Of a stretch of 64,000 nt of DNA, positions 1 through 11,879 are shown in pieces. Position numbers and translations under genes: made by a program. The notes beneath the pieces are model-generated. The model was not told where the DNA came from and did not search any database. It saw nothing but the letters and a program-made list of their open reading frames with translations. This DNA comes from Cyanidioschyzon merolae. Taxonomy: Eukaryota. The DNA lies in the NCBI GenBank assembly GCA_000091205.1, contig AP006491.2; one strand, written 5' to 3'. How positions within the stretch are numbered: position 1 is the first letter of the stretch; each line of letters opens with the position of its first letter.

Positions 1-1665
1 GCTCGGGTGTCGCGTCTCCCGCGCTGGCCCCTGTGGCTTGATCCGCTGACACCTCTGCGGCCGCGCTGTCACCAGCAGCCACACCTGCCACCAAACCCAG
101 ACCTATGTTCAGGTGAGTCGTGATTGCTCCCAACGCGAGACATATAGCCAAAATAAACAGAATAGGACGCCCAAACTTTACCATACTACCTTCCCTCTAG
201 GCACTCAACGACTGTTGTCGATAACGAGCGTGCACCAGCGCACAGCGCAGAAGCATCGATTCGCTTCCGCCGCGCACGCATGAGAGGCACCCGCGCGTGC
301 ATCCATCGTCCTGCATGGAGGACGTGTCACGCGCGTGCGGATGCAATCGGGGGCGTAGGCATCGCTGCGGGGATGGGGGGGGGCCTAAAGCGGCATCGCG
401 CCCCCGCACTCGTGACAGATAAACGTGGGACACTGACCTGCTCCGCATGGTCACGTTTTTTGAATTTCCCCTTAAACATTGTTTTAAATTTGTAGCCTCG
501 ACATTCGACGTGCTTTGAAATGGCCGAGGGACTCCCACGTACTTCGGAGATTCTTGGTCGTGCTTTTTTTGGAGTGGCGCGACTGACACTTTTCTGCTAG
601 AAATTGTAGAGTCACCGGAGTCAAGATTATTCGCGACGCTCCTGAACACGGGGTCGTAAAACAGCCGATATCCGTATCCGATGCACACGCGCAAGCCTCC
701 GCGCTTCTCAGTTCCTCACATGTAGCATGCTCAAATCATACTTGCTTTAGGTTTCGGCGCTTCATATTCCAGGCAACTCGTGGACGCTGCAGTTCGCCCC
801 ACGTGATTGACGAGAAACGGTACTCGGCGTCGTTCGCTGACACGTTCCTCACAAGCCCATGCCGAACGTTCTTCGAACCACTCACGTCAAATTAGACTGG
901 AGCCCGTTCGAAATACAAATCATCAGCTCTCTGCGGGCATCAAAGAAACGGAATTCGACAACTGCATGGTACCTCTTATGAAATATGCGATCGGAGGCTC
1001 CCGTCTCCTCTGTTCACGTGGAACATGAGATGCTGTGCGTGAACCGCAGCGACCTTCTGAGCATGGAATTTTCGGACCGGAACGGGAGGCAGTGAAGCCG
1101 GGACCTGAACCCTATCACCAACATCCCTCTACTGCTTAATTCGAGCTGGATGGGCATCGGCGACCAGCATATCTACAGTCTGAGAGAAAAGAGAGCAAGC
1201 CGAAGCAGATGCAGTGCAAATCCTGCACTGCTTGGTGTTCATCACAGCATGAAGAGACCCGAACGTTAGCATCTACACCCGAATGATGTAGGTGGACTCA
1301 TTCAACTTTGTCCTGACTTTGGTACGGATCGCGAGTTGTGGCGACACCAGAGGCGATTTTTTCGGTCTCACAGCACGTTTCCACGTAGAGCAGAGATTCC
1401 CTCGTGCGCGCGTCGCATCAGGACCCGGAAAAGCGTGCATCATTCCAAGCCCTATTTCCAAGATCCACGATCCAAACCTCCCTTTGGAGGAACGGGTCGT
1501 TTCCCACGTTCCACCGTGTGCCGAGCCTACAGGAAGCGTCTATGGTAGTCGTTGAACCGTCGGTGCCGACGCAGCACAGATACAGAACGGCTTTGGTAGA
1601 CCGTTGCGGGAGTCGGCTTCAGAACGCCGCTCGCTGAAGCACGTTCGGCGCTTGAGCAACCTAGT

Positions 1666-3402
1666 ATGACCACCGAAATAGTAAAGAAGCAGCCGTCGAG
1701 AGAGGAAGCTTCACTAGACGGCGAAGGAGTGGACGTCGTCATCAACGGTTCCGATCTTCCGCAAGTGATTTGTGCTGCGTCCCTTGCGGGCCTGGGGTAT
1801 AAGGTGCTTCTTCTGGAGCCGAGCGAGACGTACGGCGGCTGCACGAGCGGACCACTTTCTGCAGCGCTGCTCTTTGGGGATCTTGACTCGGCCACGGATA
1901 ACAAACATCTCAAGGGCCCTGTACGCGTCGTAGCGAATGGCGGGAACCGGCTGACGGAGCTGCGAAGCCAAGCGCTTGCAAACGCCTCCGCCTTTGTCCT
2001 CGAGTTGCAGCCGCGCTTCTATTTCGCGGCTGATGCCTTCCTGGACCTTCTCGTCGGCAGTGGGGCGGCTTCGTACCTGTTTTTCCAGCCAGTAGACAGC
2101 TTGTTCTGGTTGCAGGCTTCAAGTAACACGGTTGCAGACACTGTCGTTATCGACGTGCCGTGCACCAAGGCCGCCATAGCGCGCTCCCATGACCTCGGAC
2201 TGACGGAGAAGCGCCTGCTCATGCGTTGCCTGCGCTCATGTTTTGTACTGAGTTCCGCGGCGACCGAGTACGATCCGCATAGCCCTGCAATGGATATAAC
2301 TGATGAGGAGCGACGAGAAATGAACCGGCGTTGGTCCGCGGCGGGAGACTCGGCCACGTTGCTTCAGCAACTCGAAGAAGCGTTCGCGTCGGCGCCCTCA
2401 GACCAACAATGGAAACGCGTTGCGGCGCTAGTACATGATATCTACGCTTGGGGCATCGAGGACATGCCGACGGCTCCCGCGACCTGGCGATGCAGTATCG
2501 ACCGCCTGGAGCGCTTCATTCAATCCGTCATGCGCTTCCACGCTGCAACGCCGTTTCTCTGCTGCAAGTACGGGAGCAATGAGATCATTCAGGCGTTCGC
2601 GCGCAGATGCGCTGTCAAGGGTGGCATCCTTGCAATGGACCGAAGCATTATGGCTTCAGCGGCTTGCGATGCGGAGCAGGGTCCAGACGAGAATGGCGCT
2701 GGGTTCGTAGTAGAGACGAATCACGGTGAAAGAATTTTCTGCAGGATCGGAGTCATCTCACCACAGCACGATTCAAATATCCATGTAGACGCGAAACTGG
2801 TACTTCGCTTCGCCGGGCTCACGAGCGAAGCGCTGCGACTTGGCGAACCAGGGCGTACGAATCGCGCTGCCACTGGCCACGCGTTTTTCATCGCTCGATT
2901 CAACGAGGGCGCGCTCGCCGCAGCGTCATCGTATTCGTCTGCCACGCTGTATATCTGGCAAATCAGTTCTGCGGCGGGTATCTGTATGCCTGGCTATTAT
3001 GTGGTCTATGCGGAATGTGATCTGCAGCGGTTGCCTCGTCAGCAGGTTGCAAATACCGAGTCGACAGCATCCGCTCTGCACACCTTCCGGGGCATGGTGG
3101 CGCACGTGCTTCGCTGCATCGCGCCCGCCGCGTGCGAGGCGTGCGATGACGACGTGGCCGTGCTCGAAAGCGTGTTTGCAGCATATGCCTTTTACGAGGC
3201 TCCCGCACCACCGTCTGGATTTTCCGTTCAAACACGTGATGGCTCAGCGAACGTGTCGGTTCCGTACTCGTACGCTCGGATGGACAGGATCCCGCACGCC
3301 ATCCGTCAAATCCTGGAGCATATCGTAGGCGACGACCAAAGAGCAGCATCATCCTTGGATGTGTTCTTTGGTATATCGCCGCCACCAGAGGGCTCCTCGT
3401 GA
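1666..3402 (+). CDS. Rab GDP-dissociation inhibitor / Rab escort protein (GDI/REP) family protein
   Basis: A 578-aa ORF with an ATG start. The N-terminal dinucleotide-fold motif 'VDVVINGSDLPQVICAASLAGLGYKVLLLEPSETYGG' matches the GDI/REP SCR1 region ('DVIVLGTGL...GKKVLHxDxxxYYGG'). Downstream blocks are arranged as in GDI/REP. Confidence 0.55.
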   Translation: MTTEIVKKQPSREEASLDGEGVDVVINGSDLPQVICAASLAGLGYKVLLLEPSETYGGCTSGPLSAALLFGDLDSATDNKHLKGPVRVVANGGNRLTELRSQALANASAFVLELQPRFYFAADAFLDLLVGSGAASYLFFQPVDSLFWLQASSNTVADTVVIDVPCTKAAIARSHDLGLTEKRLLMRCLRSCFVLSSAATEYDPHSPAMDITDEERREMNRRWSAAGDSATLLQQLEEAFASAPSDQQWKRVAALVHDIYAWGIEDMPTAPATWRCSIDRLERFIQSVMRFHAATPFLCCKYGSNEIIQAFARRCAVKGGILAMDRSIMASAACDAEQGPDENGAGFVVETNHGERIFCRIGVISPQHDSNIHVDAKLVLRFAGLTSEALRLGEPGRTNRAATGHAFFIARFNEGALAAASSYSSATLYIWQISSAAGICMPGYYVVYAECDLQRLPRQQVANTESTASALHTFRGMVAHVLRCIAPAACEACDDDVAVLESVFAAYAFYEAPAPPSGFSVQTRDGSANVSVPYSYARMDRIPHAIRQILEHIVGDDQRAASSLDVFFGISPPPEGSS

Positions 3403-4064
3403 GCTGCCGGTGCCCCAGCGCGAGAACATGGTTTCCCAGTATGTGTCTGTTTTGAATCGCGATGATGAAGCCGCGTGTGCAGATAGACGCCTAGGCTTGT
3501 AAACTTTACGAAATAGTTCCTAATTGCTCAGCGAGGCGCATGCGTTGGTCGGTGCGTGTCCAGCGAGGCCGATGGCTACACGCATGACGGCATCTCGACC
3601 CCGGATCAGGGCCGGGAGCATTCGTTCAAACTGCGGAACGCTCGAGGCGAGGCAGCGCAGGCGGTGATGCAGCCTAGCGTGCGACGCACAGGAGGTACCG
3701 TCCTGTCGTGCTTCCGCGAGTGCATGCGGGTTCCTGGCGGCGACATGCCCCATGGCGCCGCAGGCACGATGCAGTGGCGGTCACCAGCCAATGCATCAGA
3801 CTTCGAAACGACGTTTCATTAAACATCGCTCGAAGCTGGTGCTTGGCCCGCTGAGCGCGTCTTGAAGCGACCGCTTGATCATTACGATCGCTTAATGCTA
3901 CCCTACTGACCATAAGCGGGGGTTCGCGACCCCACTCAGTATGAAGCGAACCTGCACCGAGTTGCAGGACGGCAACGAAAGTTGGTCTCGTCGACGTACC
4001 GGGTGCTTCAAGGGATGGACCTGCAGCGCGAAGTACCAGGCCGCGTCGCGTGCTGAGCTGCCTC

Positions 4065-4343
4065 TTACTGTTTCTTGACCATTCGCTGCATGATAAACAG
4101 CGATGCGTCAAGGAAGCGCTCGGCACAGTTCGATAAACATTCTGTCTCCGAGCTCGACAGTTTGCTGCCAGGCTTTTGGACGCATTTGTCCCAGCAGAGC
4201 TCTGTGAGCTTCGCAATTACTGCTTGCACAGCAGCCTTTTGGTTTTCTTGCTCTAAAAAGTTGCTAAACTCTTGCTGCGCGGGGCTAGACGGCGAATCTG
4301 ACAGATCCCCAAACCCACTCGAACTACTTGAACCAAAAGACAT
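4065..4343 (-). CDS. small Tim (Tim8/Tim13-type) mitochondrial intermembrane-space chaperone
   Basis: Twin Cx3C motif 'CWDKCV ... CLSNCAERF' with a flanking 'KLTELCWDKCVQKPGSKLSSSETECLSNCAERFLDASLFIMQRM' typical of Tim13/Tim8. The track ORF starts at GTG (4388); the first in-frame ATG is at 4343 ('MSFGSSSS...'). Confidence 0.75.
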   Translation of the reverse strand: MSFGSSSSSGFGDLSDSPSSPAQQEFSNFLEQENQKAAVQAVIAKLTELCWDKCVQKPGSKLSSSETECLSNCAERFLDASLFIMQRMVKKQ

Positions 4344-4579
4344 GACTTGCGGACAGTTCGGGTGATACGGCCGCTTCCAGCGGGTCACAGGAGCGAAGGC
4401 TCTCGACGACCGCCGGGTAAATGAATATCCACGCGCCGATCCCTGCCAGCCCTTTTCGACCGGCCGCTTCTATCGGTTTGCGTTTATCTCGAGGCACACT
4501 TCGAGCGTTAGAAGCTGCCGGACGAGGTTGGCTCCCGTCAGCTCCGCGGGTCTCGTCGTCAGCTCCGCAGGTCTCGTCG

Positions 4580-5328
4580 TCAGATATGGCTGGCGGGGCT
4601 AAAGTCTCGGTTCACGAACTTTATGCGTTTATCGCCACTGGTTGAACTCATCAATGCAAGGAGTCCTCGAACTCGTGCCCTCAGTGCCATGTGCTGCTCT
4701 GACAGCTCTGTGTGCTTTTCTACCGCCGAGGCGCTCCGCTGGCTTCTCTCTATCTCGATCTTCTCAGGTGTAGAGCCCAGATCACTCCTTGGACTTCTCA
4801 TCTCTTCAAAAAATGAACCCACATGTTTATGCCGTTAGGTAAGGACCTTACCGGATGGAGAAGGACTTGCACGAGGAAGACTGCACGTGCCCCGGTGTGT
4901 CATCGTGTGCTGAACGCTTCAGCGATTCGCTCAGAGGAGCGATCATTACGTTTCACGATAGCAAACACTCCCTCGACGCGGTTGAACGTCGAAGCGTACG
5001 GAGGAATGAAAAGCAGCTCTACTTCCCGATAGAATCGGCAAAAGCTCGAACGCAAGGGCGATTGGTGAAATGCTACGTTGTGTGATAGGTGGACATCACC
5101 AGATGTCAGGCGGAGAGTCTTTAATGATTCGACAAAGTGATTGCTGTCGTATGAGCCTTCTCTACGAGCGAAACTGAGGTCGCCAAATATATCCACTGCA
5201 GCCAGAACGGAGAATATCATTCTTCTCTTCGAGTTTGATCTCTCATATAGCGAGTTGTCCTCTCTGCGAGTAGCCATATACGCTTCGATCGTTTCGTCCG
5301 GAGAAAGTCCAATTGACTGAAAAAACAA
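4580..5328 (-). pseudogene. degenerate TnpB/Fanzor-like RuvC nuclease remnant (copy C)
   Basis: ORF 4580..4822 ends '...LSEQHMALRARVRGLLALMSSTSGDKRIKFVNRDFSPASHI'. This aligns with the copy A C-terminus '...LTDDQMERRAKMRRLLESVSTINDKKLMEFVNRDFNAASNI' (RuvC-III motif). DNA at 4583-4700 aligns with 23223-23330. The upstream ORF 4900..5328, in another frame, shows only weak similarity to the copy A middle region. Confidence 0.5.
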
Positions 5329-7614
5329 ACCGTCGTCCCTGTGCTTCTCACCGATCGCGACATTCCAGGAATTCTGTCGTTGCGATTTCGGTGGAGGATG
5401 TTCTCGCTTGAACTAGGACTCTTTTTTGCGACTGTATTCCAGTGTTTTCAGGATCACACGTACATCCTGTTGAGAAACATAGAAGCCCGCGGCGGCTGCC
5501 ATCGTCGCTTTTTCCTTCCGTAACGTGTTCAACGGATCATATTCTACATTGACCGCAGGCACACTTTGAGCATATCGGTCCTCGGCTCGAAGCGCATTTC
5601 CTTCTTTGTTTCGGTGTTCCCGAACCATCTGAGTACAGAGATATGACCGACCCCGAGGATGAATGCAGTCCTCCTTTCGCTGTTCAGTAAAGACTGTATC
5701 CTACAGACACTTCGTCTACGATCTATACGGTACAATGCATCCTGGTTTTTCTGATTTCCTGCTGTGCACTGTGCGAAAGCATACGACTGCACGCAGCGGG
5801 GTTGAAACGACCTCGAGTTCGTTGAAAGACGACAAGTGCGCACTCGGCGACACCGCGCCAACGGCACTTGTACGGGTCTGTGTGCGTTGCTTCGGATGCT
5901 GCTCGTACAGGTTCCATCGCGAGACGAACGCGCCTCTGGTACCCGCGAACCGACATACGCTGATGTTCACGACACCCGGGACATGACACTTGATTCTTAC
6001 GACGCTTCAGCCGTGACAAGACTGGATACATATGCATCGGATTATGGACGAGGAAGAGATCGCTCACGCTCGAGTCGCCTTTGCATGGGATGGTGCACCT
6101 GGAGCGCGCTAGAGTCGTGGTGCGACGCAGCGTATGACACCACGCACTGTCTCCATTGGGCGCTGCGCGAAGACCCATCCATGAGAACGTCCACGCGTGC
6201 AAACAACTCTGTTTTCTGATGCGGCCGGGAGTGCTCGTGGTTGCGCGTATCGCACGCAACTGCTGCTGCGCTCCGGTTGCTCGAAGCAACTTGTTTATGT
6301 TGAATTTGCTGAGCGTCATACAGGATCGGGCTCGAGTGCCAAGTGAATAGGAATTGCACAGACAGGTGTGCTCCGGATGCCGCGATCGGTGCCGCATGTC
6401 GTCGCCAGCGAGCGTCTAGCATAATCTCTCGGCCTATTTCATTGGTTTCCTAAGGATAAAGCAAGTGCCCAGTGACTTGCAAATGCCGTTGTGCGATTTG
6501 AATTCCTTGCATATACAGAAACAGGCTCCTAACTCGCCGTTGAATGAGGTCGCGCCCGTCCAGCAGTTCCGATTTTTACGAAGCCACTGCATGCAGCACG
6601 TTCATGAGGCGCGCAGCCGCCAGACGTCGAGATCCCATCCATGGAGCGCGATCCTGTGAGCCCGGCAGCGTATATATGCTCGTTACGTAGAGACAGAGTT
6701 ACCAGTCATCGATCATGCACCCAGATGGAAACGAAAGCAGACCCAGCAACCAAGCGTCTGCGTCGACAGGGGAAGCAGCGTGTACCTCACGTGTCGCTGG
6801 CTTCAGTTGAGAGCGAATCCATCCTCCAAGCGTGAGGAATCCGTCACGGCCTTGTGGATTTGGCTCCAGCTGGTGACCTGCGATCTGAAGACCCGCTCAG
6901 ACGATCTTCGGGACTGCGGCGTACATACACTGTGATGATTCGCGGTTCTGCGCGTGACCAGGAGTTTCCATCAGCATTGTCGGTCGTCGGAAGAGGCATC
7001 GGCCACGGCCGCGGCATGGTCCACGACGCTCCGTTCGGAAGCACAACGCGTAGCAATTCGAAACGCGGCCGAGTCGCCCGGCGTACAAGCGTGCGCACAC
7101 CGCCCATCGTCCGCGGTCAGGATGTACAGAAGCCCACCGAGTTCACGCGCTCTTCTACCAGGAAGCTGTCCGAGTGTAAAGGTTAGTGACTGTCCAAAAC
7201 CAGTGATTCTTCCAAACGGCTGCGTACTGGCGACCACCGGTGTGCGATTGCCTTGCACTCAGAAGTAGTGACAAGAGATGATCCACTATTTGACTCTGTC
7301 AGCGCTTTGGGTAAGAGCCCTAGCTCCGAGAGATTCCCAGTTCGAGCGTACTCATCTTCGTGCAAGTGCAAGTCGTTCCAGATCGCCAACGCGAGAAGCT
7401 TCACTTACGCTCTCAAAACACGAACACTAGTTAAAGTTGCCCACACACCGAGGAAACAAAGAGCCTCCTGGGAATCCGAGTTATACGTACGCTTCACAGA
7501 ACGTCCGTGTAATGCAGGGGAGCTTGCCGGTTAGGGTCGCAGCGGTGCGTCCCCGGTGAAACTACTGGGAAGCGGCGCGCGCATGCAGATCCGAACGTGC
7601 GCCAGCGCATGCGC

Positions 7615-7762
7615 ATCGCGTCCGGGATCGGGCGATGTCCAGTTCGTCCCATTGTTTACACTATAGTACATGATCGCGTCCGGGATCGGGCGATGTCCAG
7701 TTCGTCCCATTGTTTACACTATAGTGGATGATCGCGTCCGGGATCGTGCGATGTCCAGTTCA
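7615..7762. repeat. 58-bp tandem repeat, ~2.5 copies
   Basis: The unit 'atcgcgtccgggatcgggcgatgtccagttcgtcccattgtttacactatagt(a/g)(c/g)atg' starts at 7615, 7673 and 7731, with a period of exactly 58 bp. Confidence 0.85.
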
Positions 7763-9184
7763 ACTCATCATAATCCATGACTGTATCATGGCATGCGCAG
7801 CTTCGAGGCGCGCATGGATCAGCCGCAAAGCTGTCTCCCCAGTGAGCAGCAAACGCAAAGTCGCTGCACCGATCGAACCCCAATTCCATAACAGGACCGT
7901 GACTATTTTGGTCTCTGCAGAGGCAAAGCATGCGCTGAATCGCGAAGTCCATAGCGTTGTAGTCGGCAGCTCGATTGCATCTGAGAGCATCCGCTTCCGG
8001 GCATGCCTCCTAGACCAAACCAGACCCGCAACAGACATCGATAGGTGCTGCCACGTTCTCCGTACTGCGTCTAGGGGTAGAGATCGGGGCTGAAGCATTG
8101 GTGCCTGGGGCGAGCCTGCTGTTGCGGCTTGCATGGACGCTCATCATTTGGCACAGTTGCTTATCGTGGCTGGGCTAGTCGCCAACACGAATGAACCTGG
8201 ACAGAGGCGCGGGCGGTCCTCTTTCCACTTCGCATCGCATGCGCAAATCCCGAGACCAAAACGATCCTCCTTCGTACGCATGGGGCGCATACTCCAGCTT
8301 ATATTGCCTCGGCTGATGAGAAAATGCTTCGCGCTCTGAATTCGTCCACATCCGACAATCAGTTTGAGGTACTACACATTGAAGCCCGCATCGCCTCGGC
8401 TGATGAGGCAAATGTTCCACACTTTCAAAGCATCCACGTATAACACTCCATATGAACGCCCACGCGCTCTTTGGACTCAAGCAACCCGCGCCTTCCCGAC
8501 CGTTGCCAGCGTAGCAGCGATACCAGTGGATCACCTCATCGACAGTGACCACCATTCATGGTTGCCACACCCTTAAAAGCGCGTTTCGCGGAGCCACGAT
8601 GCTGCGCACCTCGCTTCCTCAGTGCAGCGTCGGCTTCTGATCTGACACACCTGCCAACACCGGCAAGCGTCTGCGTTCATCGAGCGACGTTGTCGCCTCT
8701 GTGGCGAACGCGCATCAATCCAGCGAGTATCGCGTGTCGCCACGGACGCTTCCGGCACGCTGGACGAACGATAGAGCGTAAGGTATGTCCAGTTTCTCCG
8801 AACACAAGTATGGATATTCGAGCTTGGAACTAGGATACAGAACGACGAACGCTTTCCCAGATGCGGATATCGATCGCTCCGTCCGAGTTCCCGAGCCTGT
8901 CAAACAGAAACAACCCAGCGTCGCTGTGCGCCAATTCGAGCCGCGCACGCTGCGGGCGAAATCGCGGCAGTCGCCCGGGAGTCCGGCGCCGCAGCCGTGC
9001 ACCCGTCCGTACCCATCCACTCGTACTGGGAAGGTGCGCTCGACTGGAACACGCCTCGCCTCGCCTCGCCGTACGGCAACATCGGAGAGTTCTTCAGTCG
9101 GCAGTCTCCCGGAATACTGGAAAGTTTTCTGCTGTCAACTGGTGCGTAGGTAAGGTTTTCGAACCGGGCCTCAGGGAAGGTTTG

Positions 9185-11806
9185 ATGAACAAACGGCCAT
9201 GCTGCTGGTACTGTGGCACCCCAACGGCGGCAGGGGCGTCAGCCTCGGGCGCGTGCCAAGCAGCGGCGCCTGACGTCAGCAGTGCTGCTGCTGCTGCTGC
9301 TGCTGCTGACAGCGAGCACTTGTCGTTCAGCGCTCTTCTGATGAACTGGAGTCGGGCTGTTGTTTGCAGAGGCTGTCAACGAGTTCTCGCCGAGCGAGTT
9401 GTTGACCTCTGCGAAGCGCCGTGCACAAGTTGGTGCGGGCTGCACGCCTGGAACCTCACTAGTGAGCCGGGTGCACCAGAAGTGGGAACTGGCCGAGAAA
9501 GACTCAAAGCGTCTGAGGGCGAGGGGGGAGTTTCTGGCACGGCAGAGTCTGTTGATGCCGCTGCAACGGTGCTGGAAAAGTCGCCGGCGTTGGGGTCCGA
9601 GCTGCTCGAGCTCGGCGACGTCGCCGGAGCCGACCCCGCCGCCGACCGCCTCTTTGAGCACTTTGTGGTAACGCCAGATATGCACTCTGAGCCGTATAGC
9701 TTCCTCGGGTTCACCGGAGCGCCGGAGGATCCGTTTGCATCGCAGGGACTGATCACTTCCGCGTGTTTTCTGCTGCCCCGAGTGGACGCATTTCCGCTCG
9801 TTACGGTACACAAAGTAAGCGGTGCGCTTGCCGAAATGGAGCGCTTGCTCAGCTTTCTGGGGACTTCATCGACGCATTCATCCGTCGTCAAAAACGAACA
9901 CGATCGGGGAACAATGTCTGCCTCGAGTGCGGTGCTGGTGACGCCAAGTCGGTCGCAGACGCCGCTCGAGGATAGCGACCCGTCGGAAGACGAGAACGAC
10001 CTGGAGGCGCAGGAACCTGTGCAGCCCGCTGAGGTGTCATCCTCTGTCTCGACGAGGGGTCAGGCTGGTGCGGAGGGGCGACCATCGCCGGCGATCTCCG
10101 TCCTGCTCGATGAACAGAGCAGCAGCGCCTTTGGGGATGAAGACGCAGCCGCCGGAGCACTGCTGCGCGCCTACGTTCGCGTCTACTTTGTGATTCTGGA
10201 CGTGGTCTACGCGCTCCAAATGGAATCCGAGGCGCTCGAGAAAGAGCTGATCGAGACTGCGCTCGCGATGTACAGGGTTTGCGTCGAGCGCATCTCGCTA
10301 CGAAACCGCATTCCCGAGGCGTTTGCTGTGGCGTGCATCCTCTTGGCATGGGAACGGGTGGTTGTCCGCCATACGCACCGGGTACCCGCGGGGCAAACAA
10401 GCCCCACAGACGGCTGCACGCCCTCGGGTATCGAATCGGAATCTCTGCTCCAGTACCGAGGATGGAATCCAGTCTTCGTGCGACGTGTTGTTGAGGCGTC
10501 AACTCCAGTATGGCCGCAAGCGAGTATTGCACTGGTTTACGATTACATGCGACGGGTTCTGAATACGCTGTTGGAGCGCCGACCAGATACCGTGGAGGCG
10601 ATCAGTCACGAAATGCCGAAATACTGCGCGCTTCTTGGAGTCAGTGCAGCGGTTGCCGATCTCGCGCACAGCATTGCGGAGCAGGCAGTCATCCACGGTG
10701 TGTGCGCTCGGCGTACAAGCGTCAGCGTTTGCGCTGCAGCCATTTATTTGGCGAATCATTTGGAAGACGCTCGACGCATGCCCAGTGGTGCCTCGAACCG
10801 AACGCAGAGCATGGACGGGAGCGCACATGCTGCCGTCGTCCACGATCCCGTCCGGTTAAAGCAGCGTGATATCGCCGAGAAGCTACAGCTGTCGGAAGTC
10901 ACCCTGAGAAAGGCCCATAAGGAGATTCTGACACATCTGGATGTTGTGCTGCCAGCTGGCTACCGGCCATCGGGGGTGCTCCGGCGATGTCTGCCGCCCA
11001 GCTATCAGCGCGTTGCCGCAAGCGCACTTCAGCGACTGGCAACGCAAGAAGCACTCGACACAAGTGGTCAGAAACTCGCGAATACGGGCGACGGTATCGC
11101 TCGCGGCCCAGGAGCGCCCACAGATCCAGCAGCCACCACCGCCAACACCGGCGAGCACAGGACACACGTCCTGCCCATGGACGCCAACGTCGCTGCTTCG
11201 CGTTCGTCGCCAGCGTCTCTGGAAGCAACGTTGGACACGTGTCGCGAGACGTCCATCCAAGCCTCCCAGCAACCGGTGCACATGGTGCAAGCATCGAACG
11301 AGCACCAGTGCAGCGCTTTGGCAGTCACAGGGGCGCCCCCAGGTACACCGTCCACTACCGAGGATTCGGCCGCCAGCGTACAAGCGCTGCCACGAGCACT
11401 CGGGCCGGCGGCGTTGTTACGCCAGTGCCGTATCACAACGTTGCCCCATACGCCTGGTGCCGCAAGCTTGCGAGCGCTTCTGTACCAGGTCGGCTTATCA
11501 ACGCCGCTCGTGGATGCTATTGTTGACGCCGCCCTGGCGCGAACGTTGCCTGTTCCGATTGGGTTGCTGTTGAACCTCATCGACAGCGGCTGGGTACCCG
11601 TCTGGGCACAGGCGTCTGCTGCGACCTGCAACCGGACACTCGAGGACGCCACACAAACCGCCAGCGAGCGTCATGCCCGAGAAAGCTGTCTAGCACCGCC
11701 AGCACCGCCACCGCCACCGCCACCGCCACTACCGCGCTTGCCGAGTGCTCGCGCCAGACTCACCCCCATCCGTGACCAGTCTGGCGCGCTAAACACGAAT
11801 CCATGA
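9185..11806 (+). CDS. TFIIB-related transcription factor (Brf/TAF1B-like; Zn-ribbon + two cyclin folds + long C-terminal extension)
   Basis: Zn-ribbon 'CCWYCG...(x)...CRGCQRV' sits right after the ATG at 9185. The first cyclin fold is 'LIETALAMYRVCVERISLRNRIPEAFAVACILLAWER'. The second is 'VCAAAIYLANHLEDARRM...DIAEKLQLSEVTLRKAHKEI', matching the TFIIB 'AAAIYMAS...DIAxxxxVTEVTIRxxYKEL' pattern. There is a poly-Ala tract and a Pro-rich C-terminus. The track ORF start at 8861 is probably 5'UTR. Confidence 0.55.
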   Translation: MNKRPCCWYCGTPTAAGASASGACQAAAPDVSSAAAAAAAADSEHLSFSALLMNWSRAVVCRGCQRVLAERVVDLCEAPCTSWCGLHAWNLTSEPGAPEVGTGRERLKASEGEGGVSGTAESVDAAATVLEKSPALGSELLELGDVAGADPAADRLFEHFVVTPDMHSEPYSFLGFTGAPEDPFASQGLITSACFLLPRVDAFPLVTVHKVSGALAEMERLLSFLGTSSTHSSVVKNEHDRGTMSASSAVLVTPSRSQTPLEDSDPSEDENDLEAQEPVQPAEVSSSVSTRGQAGAEGRPSPAISVLLDEQSSSAFGDEDAAAGALLRAYVRVYFVILDVVYALQMESEALEKELIETALAMYRVCVERISLRNRIPEAFAVACILLAWERVVVRHTHRVPAGQTSPTDGCTPSGIESESLLQYRGWNPVFVRRVVEASTPVWPQASIALVYDYMRRVLNTLLERRPDTVEAISHEMPKYCALLGVSAAVADLAHSIAEQAVIHGVCARRTSVSVCAAAIYLANHLEDARRMPSGASNRTQSMDGSAHAAVVHDPVRLKQRDIAEKLQLSEVTLRKAHKEILTHLDVVLPAGYRPSGVLRRCLPPSYQRVAASALQRLATQEALDTSGQKLANTGDGIARGPGAPTDPAATTANTGEHRTHVLPMDANVAASRSSPASLEATLDTCRETSIQASQQPVHMVQASNEHQCSALAVTGAPPGTPSTTEDSAASVQALPRALGPAALLRQCRITTLPHTPGAASLRALLYQVGLSTPLVDAIVDAALARTLPVPIGLLLNLIDSGWVPVWAQASAATCNRTLEDATQTASERHARESCLAPPAPPPPPPPPLPRLPSARARLTPIRDQSGALNTNP

Positions 11807-11841
11807 GCGAGCGTCCCAGGCGCAAACTTTTGGACTCGTGC

Positions 11842-11874
11842 GTATGTATGTATGTATGTATGTGTGTGTGTGTG
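11842..11874. repeat. (GTAT)5(GT)7 microsatellite between convergent gene 3' ends
   Basis: The sequence 'gtatgtatgtatgtatgtatgtgtgtgtgtgtg' is read directly. It lies in the 74-bp gap between the stop codons of the TFIIB-like gene and the helical-repeat gene. Confidence 0.9.
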
Positions 11875-11879
11875 GCGCC

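Noticed and set aside
8861-9184. N-terminal 108 codons of the TFIIB-like track ORF.
   Set aside because: The conserved Zn-ribbon begins immediately after the ATG at 9185. The upstream in-frame stretch is Arg/Ser/Pro-rich low complexity and is more plausibly 5'UTR read through in-frame.
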